NCBI RefSeq assembly: GCF_001194135.2
Contig: NC_068995.1
Coordinates: 35,657,380 to 35,721,379 of the forward strand
Source: Octopus bimaculoides
Taxonomy: Eukaryota
Reading direction: 5' to 3'
DNA: 64,000 nucleotides
The notes below the pieces were generated by a model. That model did no database searches. It was not told where the DNA came from and was given only the letters and a program-made list of their open reading frames with translations. Numbering within the stretch: the stretch's first letter is position 1; each line of letters opens with the position of its first letter. The translations under genes and the position numbers were made by a program. Positions 1 through 12,247 of the stretch are shown piece by piece.

Positions 1-215
1 ACCCGAAATATAGAAGTTCACCTCTCCATGCGACACAAGAGCTTGTTTTATGGTACAAGATAGTTTTAAGCAATTAGGGAACTATAACAACTTAATTTGA
101 TTGACTTATAAACATAATAATCAGGAATTGGATGTGGCATAACTCACTTGGTTAACGCTACTTATTTTTATCATATTCTCCTCTTCCAAACGTCCATCTT
201 AAAATATGAAAAACA

Positions 216-630
216 CTGATTTCAAATTTTGACACAAGGTAATTTAGCGGGAGGGACAAGTCAGTTACATCGACCCCAGTGTTCAACTGGTATTTACTTT
301 ATCGAGTTGGAAAGGATGAAAGGCAAAGTCGACCTTGGTGGAATTTAAAATCAGAACGTAAAAACGGATGAAATGCCGCAAAACATCTTACCCAGCCTAC
401 TAACAATTCTGCCAGCTCGCTGCCTTAAACTATTGGTTTCAAAACAATTTGCACATGGACAAATTTCGGGGAGGGGTTAAGTCTATTACTCCGACCCCAG
501 TGCTCAACTGATATTTATTTTGTCATTCCTGAAAGGCAAACGCAACCGTGGTGGAATTTGAACTCAGAGACAGACGAAATACTGCTGTCTTACCCGACAT
601 GCTACCAATTCTGCCAGTTCACCGACTTAA
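216..630 (-). mobile_element. Two head-to-tail copies of tRNA-derived SINE family A
   Basis: The reverse complement shows the family head GGCGAGCTGGCAGAAT (A-box-like), GAGTTCAAATTCC (B-box-like), the core GACTTTGCCTTTCATCCTTTC-GGGTCGAT and the tail CCTTGTG-CAAAATTTGAAA. These recur in more than 20 copies in the window. The core resembles the Nin/Deu-type SINE domain (from memory, not aligned). Confidence 0.9.
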
Positions 631-708
631 AATATAAAAAATGTTAATTACTAGTTGAATTACTAGTTGAATGCAGTAAAACTGAATGAGAATCACATAG
701 GTTAACAG

Positions 709-773
709 TCTACATTCTGATCCTTTAATCATTGAAGCGGTCTCCAACCATTTTTATCACAAATTATATAAAA
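709..773 (+). CDS. Candidate short exon (LHSDPLIIEAVSNHFYHKLYK), product unknown
   Basis: Strong donor AAA|GTAAGT at 774 and an open frame. The acceptor is weak and ambiguous (AG at 699-700, 707-708 or 736-737). It ends in phase 1, compatible with 4210-4250. Confidence 0.2.
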
Positions 774-1032
774 GTAAGTTCTGAAACATTTTCTTCAATC
801 GAAATGATTTCTTCGGTTAAATATATCTCTTTAAAATCTCGTTGTTAAATCTACACAACCAGACGATTTACTCTGGGCATTGATTGTTTAAAAACGATTT
901 GAAGAGGAGATTGGCTGTTGTTTTGATTGAAGCAAAACCATCTGTGACTCGAGACGGTAGATTCTAGATACTTCTGTCCTTAGATGCGCATACTCAAGCA
1001 AAAATATTTTAGCGAAATGTTACATATAGATA

Positions 1033-1422
1033 GTGGAGGCGCAATGGCCCAGTGGTTAGGGCAGCGGACTTGCGGTCATAGGATCGCGGTTTCGATTCCC
1101 AGACCGGGCGTTGTGAGTGTTTATTGAGCTTAAACACCTAAAGCTCCACGAGGCTACGGCAGGTGATGGTGGCGAACCCTGCTGTACTCTTCCACCACAA
1201 CTTTCTCTCACTCTTTCTTCCTGTTTCTGCTGTACCTGTATTTCAAAGGGCCAGCCATGTCACACAGTGTCACGCTGAATATCCCCGAGAACTACGTTAA
1301 GGGTACACGTGTCTGTGGATTGCTCAGCCGCTTGCACGTTAATTTCACGAGCAGGCTGTTCCGTTGATCGGATCGACTGGAACCCTCGACGTCGTAAGCG
1401 ACGGAGTGCCAACAACAACAAC
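1033..1422 (+). mobile_element. Full-length tRNA-derived SINE family C with (AAC)n tail
   Basis: tRNA-like head GGCGCAATGGCCCAGTGGTTAGGGCAGCGG...GGTTTCGATTCC. The 3' region (GTCACGCTGAAT...CGACGGAGTGCC) is shared with 15082-15391 and 53447-53723. Confidence 0.9.
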
Positions 1423-1544
1423 ATATAGATAATTATACACGCAAATACACACACACACACACTGACACTCACGCACGCACGCATGCACGTTCATACACAA
1501 TACATACATACACGCATTATATTGTTCACGTGTATGCTTCAATC

Positions 1545-2450
1545 TGCGATTTTTATCATAGTCAGGAAGCTGGAAGAAAATTTATGAGCTTGTGCATGAG
1601 GATCGTTTGAGGACTATCAATAACATTGCTGATGTTTTCGGTCTGTCGTATGGGTGCGTGCAGGCAATCCTAAAGTCTGAATTGAACATGCGGCGTATCT
1701 CTGCCAAGTTTGTCCCCCGCCAGCTGACCACTAAGCAGAAAGAATATCGCATCGAAGTCTGTCAAGATCTCCATCAGCGTACCGTTTGTGACCCATCCTT
1801 TATGTCGATGATCATCACCGAGGACGAGAGTTGGGTCTACAGGTAAGACCCCCTAGACGAAGCAGCAGTCGTCACAATGGAACAGCCCTTCATTTCCATG
1901 ACCGAAGAAGGCACGACAGAGCTGCTGCACAATCTAGAGCATATTCATCGATTTTTACGTTATCCGCGGTATTGTGCATCGAGAATTCGTCCCCCAGGGC
2001 CAGACTGTTAATCGAGAATTCTACTGCGACGTTTCGCGGTGTTTGAAAGAGGACATTAGGCGAAAGCGACTGGGTCTGTTGAGCGCGATGGATTGAATCT
2101 ATCACGACGACAATGCACCTTGTAACCGACCTCTCCTCACTCGTGAATTTCTAGCCAAAAACAACATGGTATCGCTTCTGTACACGTCCTATTCACCACT
2201 TTTAGCACCTGCGGACTTCCATCTCTTCCCCAGAATGAAAATGCAGTTCAAAGGTCACCGTTTTAACACCATTGTCAAAATCAAGAGTGAATCACAGAAG
2301 GTCCTCGACTCGCCTACGGATAACAACTTACAGACCGGATTCCAAAAGTGGCAGCAACACTGGGACATATGCATTGTGTGATGTTAAAACTTAGGTAAAT
2401 AAGTTTTTTTTTTATTAAACATAACTAGTCCGGAACCTTTTGATTCCTCA
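1545..2450 (+). mobile_element. Decayed mariner (DD34D) transposon, 5'-truncated
   Basis: Frameshifted transposase with ITEDESW, HDDNAP and SPLLAPADF; 34 residues lie between the second and third D. The 3' TIR ACTAGTCCGGAACCTTTTGAT matches the family at 45746 and 54136. Confidence 0.92.
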
Positions 2451-2485
2451 TTGTGTGTATGTATATATGTGTGTGTGTGTATATG

Positions 2486-2555
<70 letters not shown>

Positions 2556-2836
2556 TGTGGATATACAATTAAGATTTAGCTTAATTAGATGCTTAAATTG
2601 CGGTACCTTGTTAGGTCGGAGTAACAGGCACACCCACATATATCAAAATCGGTGCAGAAGTGCCAGCACCTAATATTCTTGCAGTGTATGCAGATAATAG
2701 CATTCAGCTCTTGGCTATTCAGACATGTGCTTTATATTATACTTTATATATACTTTATAAAACACTTGATATATACTCTATATTAAAATACTTTCTATAA
2801 TATTTCTGAAACGCTGATTTCACGATAGGTGAATAA

Positions 2837-3187
2837 AGTATAAATGAGTAACAAAGAGTTACAGGTTTCAATTCATTACGGCCGTTTCAAGCGATTCCTT
2901 TACTTGAGTAATGAAAACATTACATCATTGCAAAGAAACCGTTTTCGTCAGATGATTGTATGAACTTCAAACATTGATTCTGCCAACTGAATAGCAGCGG
3001 AATCAATGTAAATATTTTAGCCCCATGGAGTTGTGACTGTGCTAAATCAGTCGAATTGTTCTTTATTTTTGAAGTTCATGCGGTCATCTGGCGAAGACGG
3101 TTTCTTTGTAAATCAATCAATTAAAGGAATCGTTTGAAACAGCCGTAATGAATTGACACCTGTACCTCATTGTTACTCATTTATACT
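2837..3187. mobile_element. Fold-back MITE-like element
   Basis: 2837-2971 is an imperfect reverse complement of 3068-3187. There is an additional inner inverted pair ACATTGATTC/GAATCAATGT. Confidence 0.8.
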
Positions 3188-3282
3188 ATAAAAGTTAGCA
3201 CTCACGCTCATAATACATAGGCATTTGAATTACTTTTTTTTATAACCCAGCCGTCTTTTCACACGGAATTTCGTCTATCTTT

Positions 3283-3380
3283 AAAACAAAACTCTGATGA
3301 GACTTATGTAAGTGAATTGAATTGTTTGTAAATCAAATAATGTATATAAGTCGAAACAAACTGTTGGCTCTTTTGGTTTT
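3283..3380 (+). ncRNA. Degenerate hammerhead ribozyme motif (type I-like)
   Basis: CTGATGA (3294-3300) is followed by a 10-bp stem II, GACTTATGTA/TATATAAGTC, and then GAAA (3353-3356). The flanks AAAACAAAA and TTTTGGTTTT can form stem I. Stem III and the cleavage site are imperfect. Confidence 0.55.
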
Positions 3381-3515
3381 CTAATGATTTTTTTATGTTA
3401 TATTATATTATATTCATAGCATATTATGTTATATTATAATGTAAATAAATTATTGGATTATCAATTGAAGCTCTCTTTTTAATTTATTGTTTAATAGGTG
3501 TATACATGTATATAT

Positions 3516-3526
3516 CATTATTATTA

Positions 3527-3604
<78 letters not shown>

Positions 3605-3631
3605 TTGTTGGTGGTGGTGGTGGTGGTGGTG

Positions 3632-3693
<62 letters not shown>
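3516..3693. repeat. Compound trinucleotide microsatellite (ATT)n(AGT)n(GGT)n(AGT)n
   Basis: Read directly from the sequence. Confidence 0.98.
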
Positions 3694-3694
<1 letters not shown>

Positions 3695-4209
3695 CAAAAT
3701 AAATTAAGGAAACCCGTCGGCCATATTATCTTGCAGCAATCTATATATAGACTCTTTTAGTCATTTGCTCCCTACCTTCTTTGAATATCTGAGTGTAAAT
3801 TCGTTTGCGTCTCTGGGTTCTCTGTTTGCTAGTGGGGCTTTCTTGGTTTTTTGTTTTGTTTTGTTTTGTTTTATTTTGTCTTTTTGCATTTGATTAATTT
3901 ACATCACGATGAAAATAAGGAAGTTATGGAGGGGATATACCTCATCCATGCAGTTAGGGTGTGTCTGGTGGTACCATGTTACAAGCATCTAAGACCGCCT
4001 ACACAAAAGGCGTGGTGAAAGAGCGTTTTAGAGAATAACTCTTTGAGATATGGTCTGAACCCTTGAAATTCACTTCCTGCCTGCCAGTACTTATTGCCGG
4101 TTTGATTTGTCACAACTTGTATGTAGGCAGTAATGATTCATACTAACTTTTAACATTAGCTAACGCAACGTAACAGCCACCTTTTCAATTAACTTCGTTT
4201 TTGTCATAG

Positions 4210-4250
4210 AATTTATCAATGCACCACGTGAAAATATGAAAATGTGGAAA
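4210..4250 (+). CDS. Candidate 41-nt exon (xFINAPRENMKMWK), product unknown
   Basis: Acceptor AACTTCGTTTTTGTCATAG and donor AAA|GTAAGC. Only one of three frames is open (phase 1 to 0). Confidence 0.35.
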
Positions 4251-4312
4251 GTAAGCTAGAGTAAAAAAATTGCACATACACACACATACACACTCATATG
4301 TATGTCTATATA

Positions 4313-4685
4313 CAGTGATACCTCGCAATACGAGTTTAATTCATTCCATGACCGAGATCGTCTTACGATTTACTCGTTTTACAAATGAATTTTCTCCATT
4401 GAAATTCACTAAAATATAATTAATCCGTTTCAGCCCCACAAAAGCCACTCAAAATAATTTTTTATGAGTTTTAAAACTGAGGAGGTGTAGTTACAAGTAA
4501 AATGACAATTATAGAAAAGAGACTGCAAAAGTGGTTTTATTAACTCAATTGCCTTAAAGATGGGACGATTTGAGTGCTCGTACAGCGGATTTACGCTCGT
4601 ACTTCAAGACAAAGATTCGCACGAGTCTCGGCTCGCACAGTAACTTACTCGTACAATGGTGCGCTCGTATGGCGAGGTTCTACTG
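4313..4685. mobile_element. Tigger/pogo-type MITE
   Basis: TIRs CAGTGATACCTCGCAATACGAG and CTCGTATGGCGAGGTTCTACTG, with TA on both flanks. Confidence 0.85.
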
Positions 4686-4859
4686 TATATATCTTGAAGC
4701 ATATCTGCAGTATTACAGTTGAGTATGTGGTTGTGTTGTTGTATTGATGTTATTCTGGAAATATTATTTGAAGAGTTATCTATATATAATAAAACATGAA
4801 ACTGTGAATTTTCTGGTATTATTTATTTATCATTACACGTTTCATACATCCCCACACAG

Positions 4860-5207
4860 CCATACGCATACACACAGAGACTCACATACACACACATACA
4901 TACACACATATATACATACATACATACATACGTACATACATACATACATACATACATACGTACATACATACATACATACATACATACATACATACATACG
5001 TACATACATACATACATACGTACATACATACATACATACATACATACACACACATATACATACATACATACATACATACATACATACGTACATACATACA
5101 TACGTACATACATACATACGTACATACATACATACATACGTACATACATACATACATACATACATACATACATACATACATACATACATACACACATACA
5201 TACATAT
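4860..5207. repeat. (TACA)n microsatellite with TACG variants
   Basis: Read directly; it is the source of the ORFs at 4744-5253. Confidence 0.98.
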
Positions 5208-5299
5208 GCATATATGCTTACATTCAGTTTGTTGTCAGTCTCTAATCAATTAAAACACTGTTCGATACTCGATGTGGTTGGTAATAGTTTATCATCTGT

Positions 5300-6200
5300 A
5301 AATGAGTTAAATCTAATCCAATACTTCTTATTACATCCTGAAGAGAAGTTGGAATTAGCATATCATGCAATATAAATGCCCACACCACGGACGGATTTAG
5401 AAAGAACCAAATAGATATACTTAAGGAGTTAGGCTTAAGCATAAATACTATCATTAATTAAACAATACCAAGTTTCCTGGATACATCTCTACAGAAAGCC
5501 AAATGAATATGTTGTATACAACCACAGGAAAGCAGCGGGCTTGGCAGAATCGTTAGCCGGGCAAAATTCTTAGCGGTATTTCCTCCGTCTCTACGTTCTG
5601 AGTGCAAATCTGCCGAGGCTGACTTTGCCTTTCATCCTTTTGGAGTCGATAGCTTGCTGGCCTTGTGCCAAAATTTGAAACCTATATACAACCACAAGGC
5701 TTCCAGTCATTCCACACTCATAACCAGAAACTTTGTAAGCAGCATAAGTTACCTATACTATCTATAATGTATTTTCAATAAGGCTGCTTCCTGTTCTTAC
5801 AATGTGCTACGAATGCTTTCAGTGAGAAGTTAAGACACATGGAGAACACCTCAGACCATATAAGAACCAGGAAAAGGAAAATTAACTGTTTCAACCAACA
5901 TACACTTAGGCGTTATCATGAACCAAAACGTTCTAGCTCTAATAAGACAATTCTTTCCACCGAGACATATAAATTTTTGAACACACGTACCGTTATGGTC
6001 AGCTATTCTTGCTTATATAATATCGCTTCCCAGATTACACACTAAATTTGAAAAAATACTTTCCAATAGCGTCCACCCAGCATCCATTTTGTAATGTAAT
6101 TGTCAAAATTCATCAAGTTGAGAAGTTTCTTTCTTTTGAAAAAATGTGTACCAACCATCCACAACCCTCTGGGCGGTTTGAAATAAATTAAATATAAGGC
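5300..6200 (+). mobile_element. Decayed Penelope-like retroelement (RT C-terminal/linker region)
   Basis: Translates to KELGLSINTIIN..PSFLD, RTRKRKINCFN and KFLNTRTVMVSYSCLYNIAS. These resemble the Penelope motifs LGLKIT..NFLD, RKRNIIWFNPP and KIFNRNTVKVSYSC. Confidence 0.75.
5529..5684 (+). mobile_element. SINE family A copy (internally deleted) inserted into the Penelope relic
   Basis: Family A head and tail, flanked by the direct repeat TATACAACCACA (5515-5526 and 5685-5696) as a TSD. Confidence 0.88.
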
Positions 6201-6528
6201 ATTGCTAACGCTGTGAAGTGTGTTACCATCATCGTCTTCACTTATTTTAGTTCAGGCTTCAGGGAAAATCCCAATTCCTTCTACATCTCTTCGATTCATG
6301 AGGCTTAATATTATTTTCAAGTAATTCATCGTAGAAATAAAATGTGCTAGGAGAATGAATAGATTGTATATTTTATATTTATTTCAGTATATAAGCGGAC
6401 GTGATTTTCAAGTGTGCCTTCCGAGAAACACAATGTGCCCGGAGACCGAGCGTATATGTGTGTGTGTGTGAGTGTGTTTGCAGGCGTATCTCTTTCTCCC
6501 TTTCTCTCTCTCTACCTATCAATCTATT

Positions 6529-6591
<63 letters not shown>

Positions 6592-6929
6592 CTTACTCTC
6601 TCTCTCTCTCCACACACACACACACACACACACACAAATATCTATATATATTATATATATGTACACACACATATATATACATATATATATATATGTGTGT
6701 GTATACACGCACATACATATATATANNNNNNNNNNNNNNNNNNNNNNNNNNNNNNNNNNNNNNNNNNNNNNNNNNNNNNNNNNNNNNNNNNNNNNNNNNN
6801 NNNNNNNNNNNNNNNNNNNNNNNNNNNNNNNNNNNTATATATACATATATATATATACATATGTGTGTGTGTGTGTGTGTGTGTAAGGGTAAGCAAATTA
6901 AGCAAGTCGATATAAAAAAATATTAAACA

Positions 6930-7795
6930 CGTGGTCTGATCAATAGGTATCCGGACTGCAGCTATAGTAACGAAGCTAAAGCACGTATAGTGAAGCGTCT
7001 TGGCAAAGATTGACCTTGAACTCTGCTGTGCCCACTAAGTTTTAACGTTCTATCTCACCTCCGCTGTTTACAGCAGTTCTTGGAAGGAAGATGTGTGGAA
7101 TGTGATCGTTGCATTGACTATGACGGAGAAAGCTGAGCAGAGAATCTGCATCAAATTCTGCCAAAAGCTTAGAGATACCTGCTCAGAGGCTTACGCATAG
7201 TTTTCAAAAAGTTTTCATCGTTCTTGGCACAATCAAGGAGATCTTGTGTAACTGGATCCGAGTGTTTTTTGGTCAGCTGACATAAACTTGGTAGACACGC
7301 GTCTCATATCAGAATCTTTAGTGGTAATATACTGAACAGAACTGTAACTAATCTGCACATCCTCTGATAACTCACGGATGGTGATTCGACGATTTCTCCT
7401 CTCAGATGCACGCACATCGGTGATGTTTTTCTCAGTTCTGCTGATTGCAGGTCTCCCAGAACGTTAGTTCCTGAACGGCCATTTTGGAAACTCTGAACCA
7501 CTCGTACACTTGTGTGCAGCGCATACACTCCTCTCCATACACTTTCTGCAACTTTGCGTAGGCCTCTGAGCAGGTATCACCGTGACAACTTTCTGTGTCA
7601 TGATCAATGCGACGATCACACGCTACACATGTTCCTTCCAATCACTGTTGTAAACAGCAGAAGTGAGCTAGAACGTTAAAACTTACTGCGCATACACAGC
7701 AAAGGTCAAGGTCATTCTATGCCATGCGGCTTTACTGTGTGTGCTTTAGCTTCGTTACTATGGCAACAGTCCGGATACCTCTTGATCAAAACTCG
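6930..7795. mobile_element. Fold-back mariner derivative built from two 5' ends
   Basis: 6930-7210 is an inverted copy of about 7540-7795. The minus part encodes a transposase N-terminus (AYAKLQKVYGEECM..VYEWF, RRITIRELSEDVQISYSSVQ). TA follows the right end. Confidence 0.85.
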
Positions 7796-7816
7796 TATAT
7801 ATACACGCACCCACAC

Positions 7817-7873
<57 letters not shown>

Positions 7874-8239
7874 CACGATGGATACAGTGTTTGTACCTAT
7901 GTGCGACCTTAAGGACTCATTTTATATTCAGTCGGTCATTTGCGATTGTACGCACAACCGAAGTATAAATCCGTGCAGAACGTATTTGTCTTCAAATATT
8001 GTTTGTACAGTTATAGCGGTATCGCCGACCCGACCTTGTACTTACTATTTAAGTACTTGATTCGCTTGAATCCTGAATGTATGTACGTACGTATGTATGT
8101 ATAACGTATGTATGTATAATGTGTGTGTGCGCGCGCGCGTGTGTATGTGTGTACTCACCAAATTAAGTCAAAAGTATTTTTCATATTTCAAATTTTAATC
8201 AATAGCTCAAACAAATTACATTCGTAAAGCGTCTATTCT

Positions 8240-8500
8240 ATTATCTGTTACAATCGTCCTCCCAGAAGTTCAATTACACGCTTATACCATTTGGCTGGTT
8301 TTGGAGGCAAAAAAACTCTCTGCACCTGTTGTCAACCTCATCCACCATATTAAATTCTCGTTCATGCTGGAAATGAGCCATGGCGCAGAAAACGTGGTAA
8401 CCTGATGGTACAAAGTCTGAATTGTACGCAGGGTGAGAGGCAGCACTTTCAGGCCCTCAACTTCCTCAAGTTTGCACTTGGTCACATTCACTTTGATTTC
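8240..8500 (-). mobile_element. Mariner transposase 3' fragment
   Basis: With one frameshift the minus strand reads KLEEVEGLKVLP/HPAYNSDFVPSGYHVFCAMAHF..REFNMVDEV, a decayed HPPYSPDLAPSDYHLFRSM. Confidence 0.75.
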
Positions 8501-9365
8501 TGGATAGAAGCAAATAGGAAATAATACTTACTGACCAAAGACAAAATAAAAATGGAAATTTTGTTACACAGTATTATTGAAGCCACCTTCTTCCTCATTT
8601 CATGCATTCATTATTGCTTCAACATTTAGTTTGTTTATTTGGTTGGTATTGCCATAGTTTTGTATTTGATCACATCTTCTCGTTTATTGATGCAAACGAA
8701 AGAAAACGTGTACTTAATGTTATAACTAAAGAGAAGGGGGAAATTCTGAAATATCGAAAATGAGTTACCATCTAGAACCCCAAGAGACTGCCATGAACAA
8801 CAAGTACTCTAAAGGAAATATATAAAAGTAATGAAATATATTTGAATTTGAAGGGAGAAGGGAAAATTATCAATGTTTCGGTGATAAGCTCTTTTGTAAG
8901 AAAGACAGAGGAAACAGCTGTTGATCTGAAGTTAGGATAATAGTAGACGAAGGACGTAGATGAAGGTCTGTATGTATATAGATACGCGTGTAAGTGAGCG
9001 AAATGAATATTGTGCGTGTGCACGGGAGAGGGAGAGGGAGAGACAGACAGACTGACAGACAGACAGACAGACAGAGATTGTCTGTTTCAAGAGAGGGTTG
9101 AAAGAAAATGAGAAGGAATTATTGAAAATAATAATCGTTATTGATACTAAAGGGATAAGTAGTTGCTAAAATGTGCATCGGGCAAATATTTCCATTGTAA
9201 TCCAAGCAGAAAACATCACTGAGAGCGATTTAATCAAGGTAACGAATGTATAATTTAATTTGTTGGTATTTAAATAATTCTCATATTGTATAGAATGAGA
9301 CGTTACTTGGAAAGTAACAAAATTCATGTGAATAGCGACGGTTTACATAAATATATCCTTTCTTA

Positions 9366-10256
9366 TCTATACTATAAATTGCAGTGTTCTTGATTGCTTG
9401 CTTGATTGATTGATTGATTGAGTATCGGCAGGTTCACTCGAGAACGGTGCAGTGGAGTCGCGTGAAATTCAGCACAGAGCGGCAGCATGGTCCGCTCATG
9501 TTCAGGAGATTTTTATTGCCCTCCAACTCCCATGGTTACCGAGATAATCGCTTATTAGTTTTTAAGATAGGAATATCCCATTCAAAGTGGGGAGGGGCGA
9601 TTTTGTTGCCTTTCCCATGCGCGAAATTTTACGAAAAACCAGCACAATAAAGATTATTTTTTTCCAAGTTATGTGGCTGGGTTTGTTTTTCGAAAATTTT
9701 AATCAGAGGCANNNNNNNNNNNNNNNNNNNNNNNNNNNNNNNNNNNNNNNNNNNNNNNNNNNNNNNNNNNNNNNNNNNNNNNNNNNNNNNNNNNNNNNNN
9801 NNNNNNNNNNNNNNNNNNNNNNNNNNNNNNNNNNNNNNNNNNNNNNNNNNNNNNNNNNNNNNNNNNNNNNNNNNNNNNNNNNNNNNNNNNNNNNNNNNNN
9901 NNNNNNNNNGAACCTCCAACTTATGATTGATCTTGAACAGTTTCGATTAACATTCTTGTGTCGCCAATACAACAACCGCACTACCATATATTTTTCTTTT
10001 AAGGCGAGGTTATACCACAAATGAGGTTCCGTGACTACATGGGGCTATGGGTACACACGTGAAGTTAGTTTTACAATATCGACCCGCAAAATCCTTAGCA
10101 TCGTATTGTTTTGGGGTTGTTCTTACTTATTTTTTTTGTTTTTGGAATTTTTGTTTTTTTAATTTTTATTTCTTTTTATTATTCAAAATATACATAGGAA
10201 ATAGCCTTTAACCAAATCCACCACACTGCCCGAGTGAGACCGGGAAAAACAGCTAG
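9366..10256 (+). mobile_element. Non-autonomous Helitron
   Basis: 5' TCTATACTATAAA is followed by (GATT)n. A 3' hairpin CCCG-AGTGAGAC-CGGG is followed 8 nt later by CTAG. The element sits between A9365 and T10257 with no TSD and contains an N-gap. Confidence 0.75.
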
Positions 10257-10268
10257 TAATGCCTATAA

Positions 10269-10468
10269 TATTGGTTTTAAATTTTGCCACAAGGCCAGTG
10301 TGTTTGTGGGAGGGGCTATTAAATTGATCATAGTGTTCAACTTGTACTCTCGAAAAGATGAATGGCAAAGCTGGCACAAGCGGAACTTGAACTCAGAGCG
10401 TAAAGACAGACGAAAAGCCGCTAAGCATTACGGCCGGAGTGCTAGCGATTCTGCCAGCTCACCGCCTT
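10269..10468 (-). mobile_element. SINE family A copy
   Basis: Matches the reverse complement of the other copies. Confidence 0.85.
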
Positions 10469-10696
10469 CTCTGATGCCTATAATATTAAATAGCATTTAC
10501 TAAGTATGTAACGGGAAGTTCATTACATTTTTTCTTCTTTCTCCTAGTTTTGCTTTTGTCCTTGTTGCTGTCTTTTATTGTTGTTTATCACCTATTATAA
10601 TCGTGGGATTGTTGTAATTACACAATTTTATATATTCTTCTTCAAAATTCCTACCCTTTCTCATAATCATCTCCGTCAACAATGATAATATAATTT

Positions 10697-10912
10697 AAGG
10701 CGGCGAGCCGGAGGAATCGTTAGCATGCTGGGCAAAATGCTTTGCGGCATTTCGTCCGTCTTTACATTCTAAGTTCAAGTTCCGACGAGGTCGACTTTGC
10801 CTTTCATCCTTTCGGGATCGATAACACAAGTACCTCTTGGATGCTGGGTCGATGTAATCGACTTAACCTCTACCCCGAAATTGATGGCCTTGTGTCAAAA
10901 TTTGAAACCAAT
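10697..10912 (+). mobile_element. SINE family A copy
   Basis: Head AAGGCGGCGAG through tail AAATTTGAAACCAAT. Confidence 0.9.
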
Positions 10913-11229
10913 ATCTCTGTTTCTCGTTTGAATCTTATTTCAACACAAGAATTGAGAAAGAAAACGAAATGATGCAAGAAGAGTTTAGGCAAGTAATCTC
11001 AAACACATACTCACTAACAAATAAACATACAAGTACGCACTTGCACGCATACATACACATACGCAAGCACGAGCGCACACACTCACACACACACACACAC
11101 ACACACACGCATATAGTTTATTTAAACATGAGTCTCGAGAAAAAATTCTCTTTCAATAAGCTATATCTTCTCGCATTCCTCGCTTTCATTCGATATTTTC
11201 AGAGGTGCTGGGTTATTCATTTTTACTCA

Positions 11230-11349
11230 TTTAGTAGACTGGATCAACGCGAAATATGTTTTGCTGAAGAACATAACGCATTGCCCGGTCCAGGAATCGA
11301 AACCACAATCTTACGGTTCAAGAGTGTAAAACGCTAACCACTAAGCCAC
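11230..11349 (-). mobile_element. 5' fragment of a tRNA-headed SINE (family C-like)
   Basis: The reverse complement reads GTGGCTTAGTGGTTAGCG...GGTTTCGATTCCTGGACCGGGC. Confidence 0.7.
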
Positions 11350-12247
11350 ACATCGCATGCATATGTGTGCATGTTTGTATGTAAGCGTCTATGTATGTAT
11401 ATGTATGCACACACACACATTACAAAATGAACACTTGTGAGGTATGATGATAAAGAAAAACTTGATATCGTTTCATTAACAATGGTGATTTACACAGAAC
11501 CTGTTTCTTTTCTCTTTTGATTTCAATTTGTTTCTACTTTTACTTGCTTTGTCTCTATCGTATGTTTTCAAGTTTAATTATATTATTGGAAATGGATGAC
11601 CAATACAAAAATTGCTTTGGATTATTTAATATAAACAGCAATTAAATAATGGAGTAGATCAATCAGTGAAACATAAAAGTTTGGTTATTTTTAGATTGAT
11701 AGAAGAATATTAATACTTAGCTACGCTCAAACACAGACACACAGATGGACACAGTAATTACGCAATATGAATCATTAAACATATTCAACATAGAAATTTT
11801 GTTGAAAGACTCAAAATATAAGACAAAAAGCAAGTAACACCACTTCTTCCCTCGCCGCACACAACTATAAATCCATATATCCATGTTTTTTTGTGCGTGC
11901 GTGCGTGCGTGCGTGCATACTTGCGCGCGTGTGTATGTGTGTTAGTGTGTGTGTGTGTGTGTGTGTTTACGCATGTGAGTTTACGCATGTGTGTGTGTTT
12001 ACGTGTGTGTGTGTGTGCGAGCGTGTGTGTTGTGCGCGCGCGCGAAGAGTTATAGAAGCAGGCTTTAGGCGTTATTGTATGACGTGAACTTATTATACTG
12101 GATAAATATTCTTTTTATGAATGTGTTTTGTTTCTGCCTCACAAACTATTTTACAACACAGTCTTCTCCATTCTCAATGTTCTACATGTATTCTTTCATT
12201 TATAGAATTGAAGTATGACTCTAAAACTTTGAGTCTTTTGTAATTAT

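Noticed and set aside
4744-5253. Long ORFs made of HT/YI/VC/MY repeats (also at 2440, 3487, 6401, 15914-16830, 29514-30272, 52388-53544, 55622-56236 and others)
   Set aside because: They are translations of microsatellites or N-gaps, not genes.
8282-8491. Exon-like ORF with an acceptor and donor on the minus strand
   Set aside because: A neighbouring frame shows that it is a decayed mariner transposase C-terminus.
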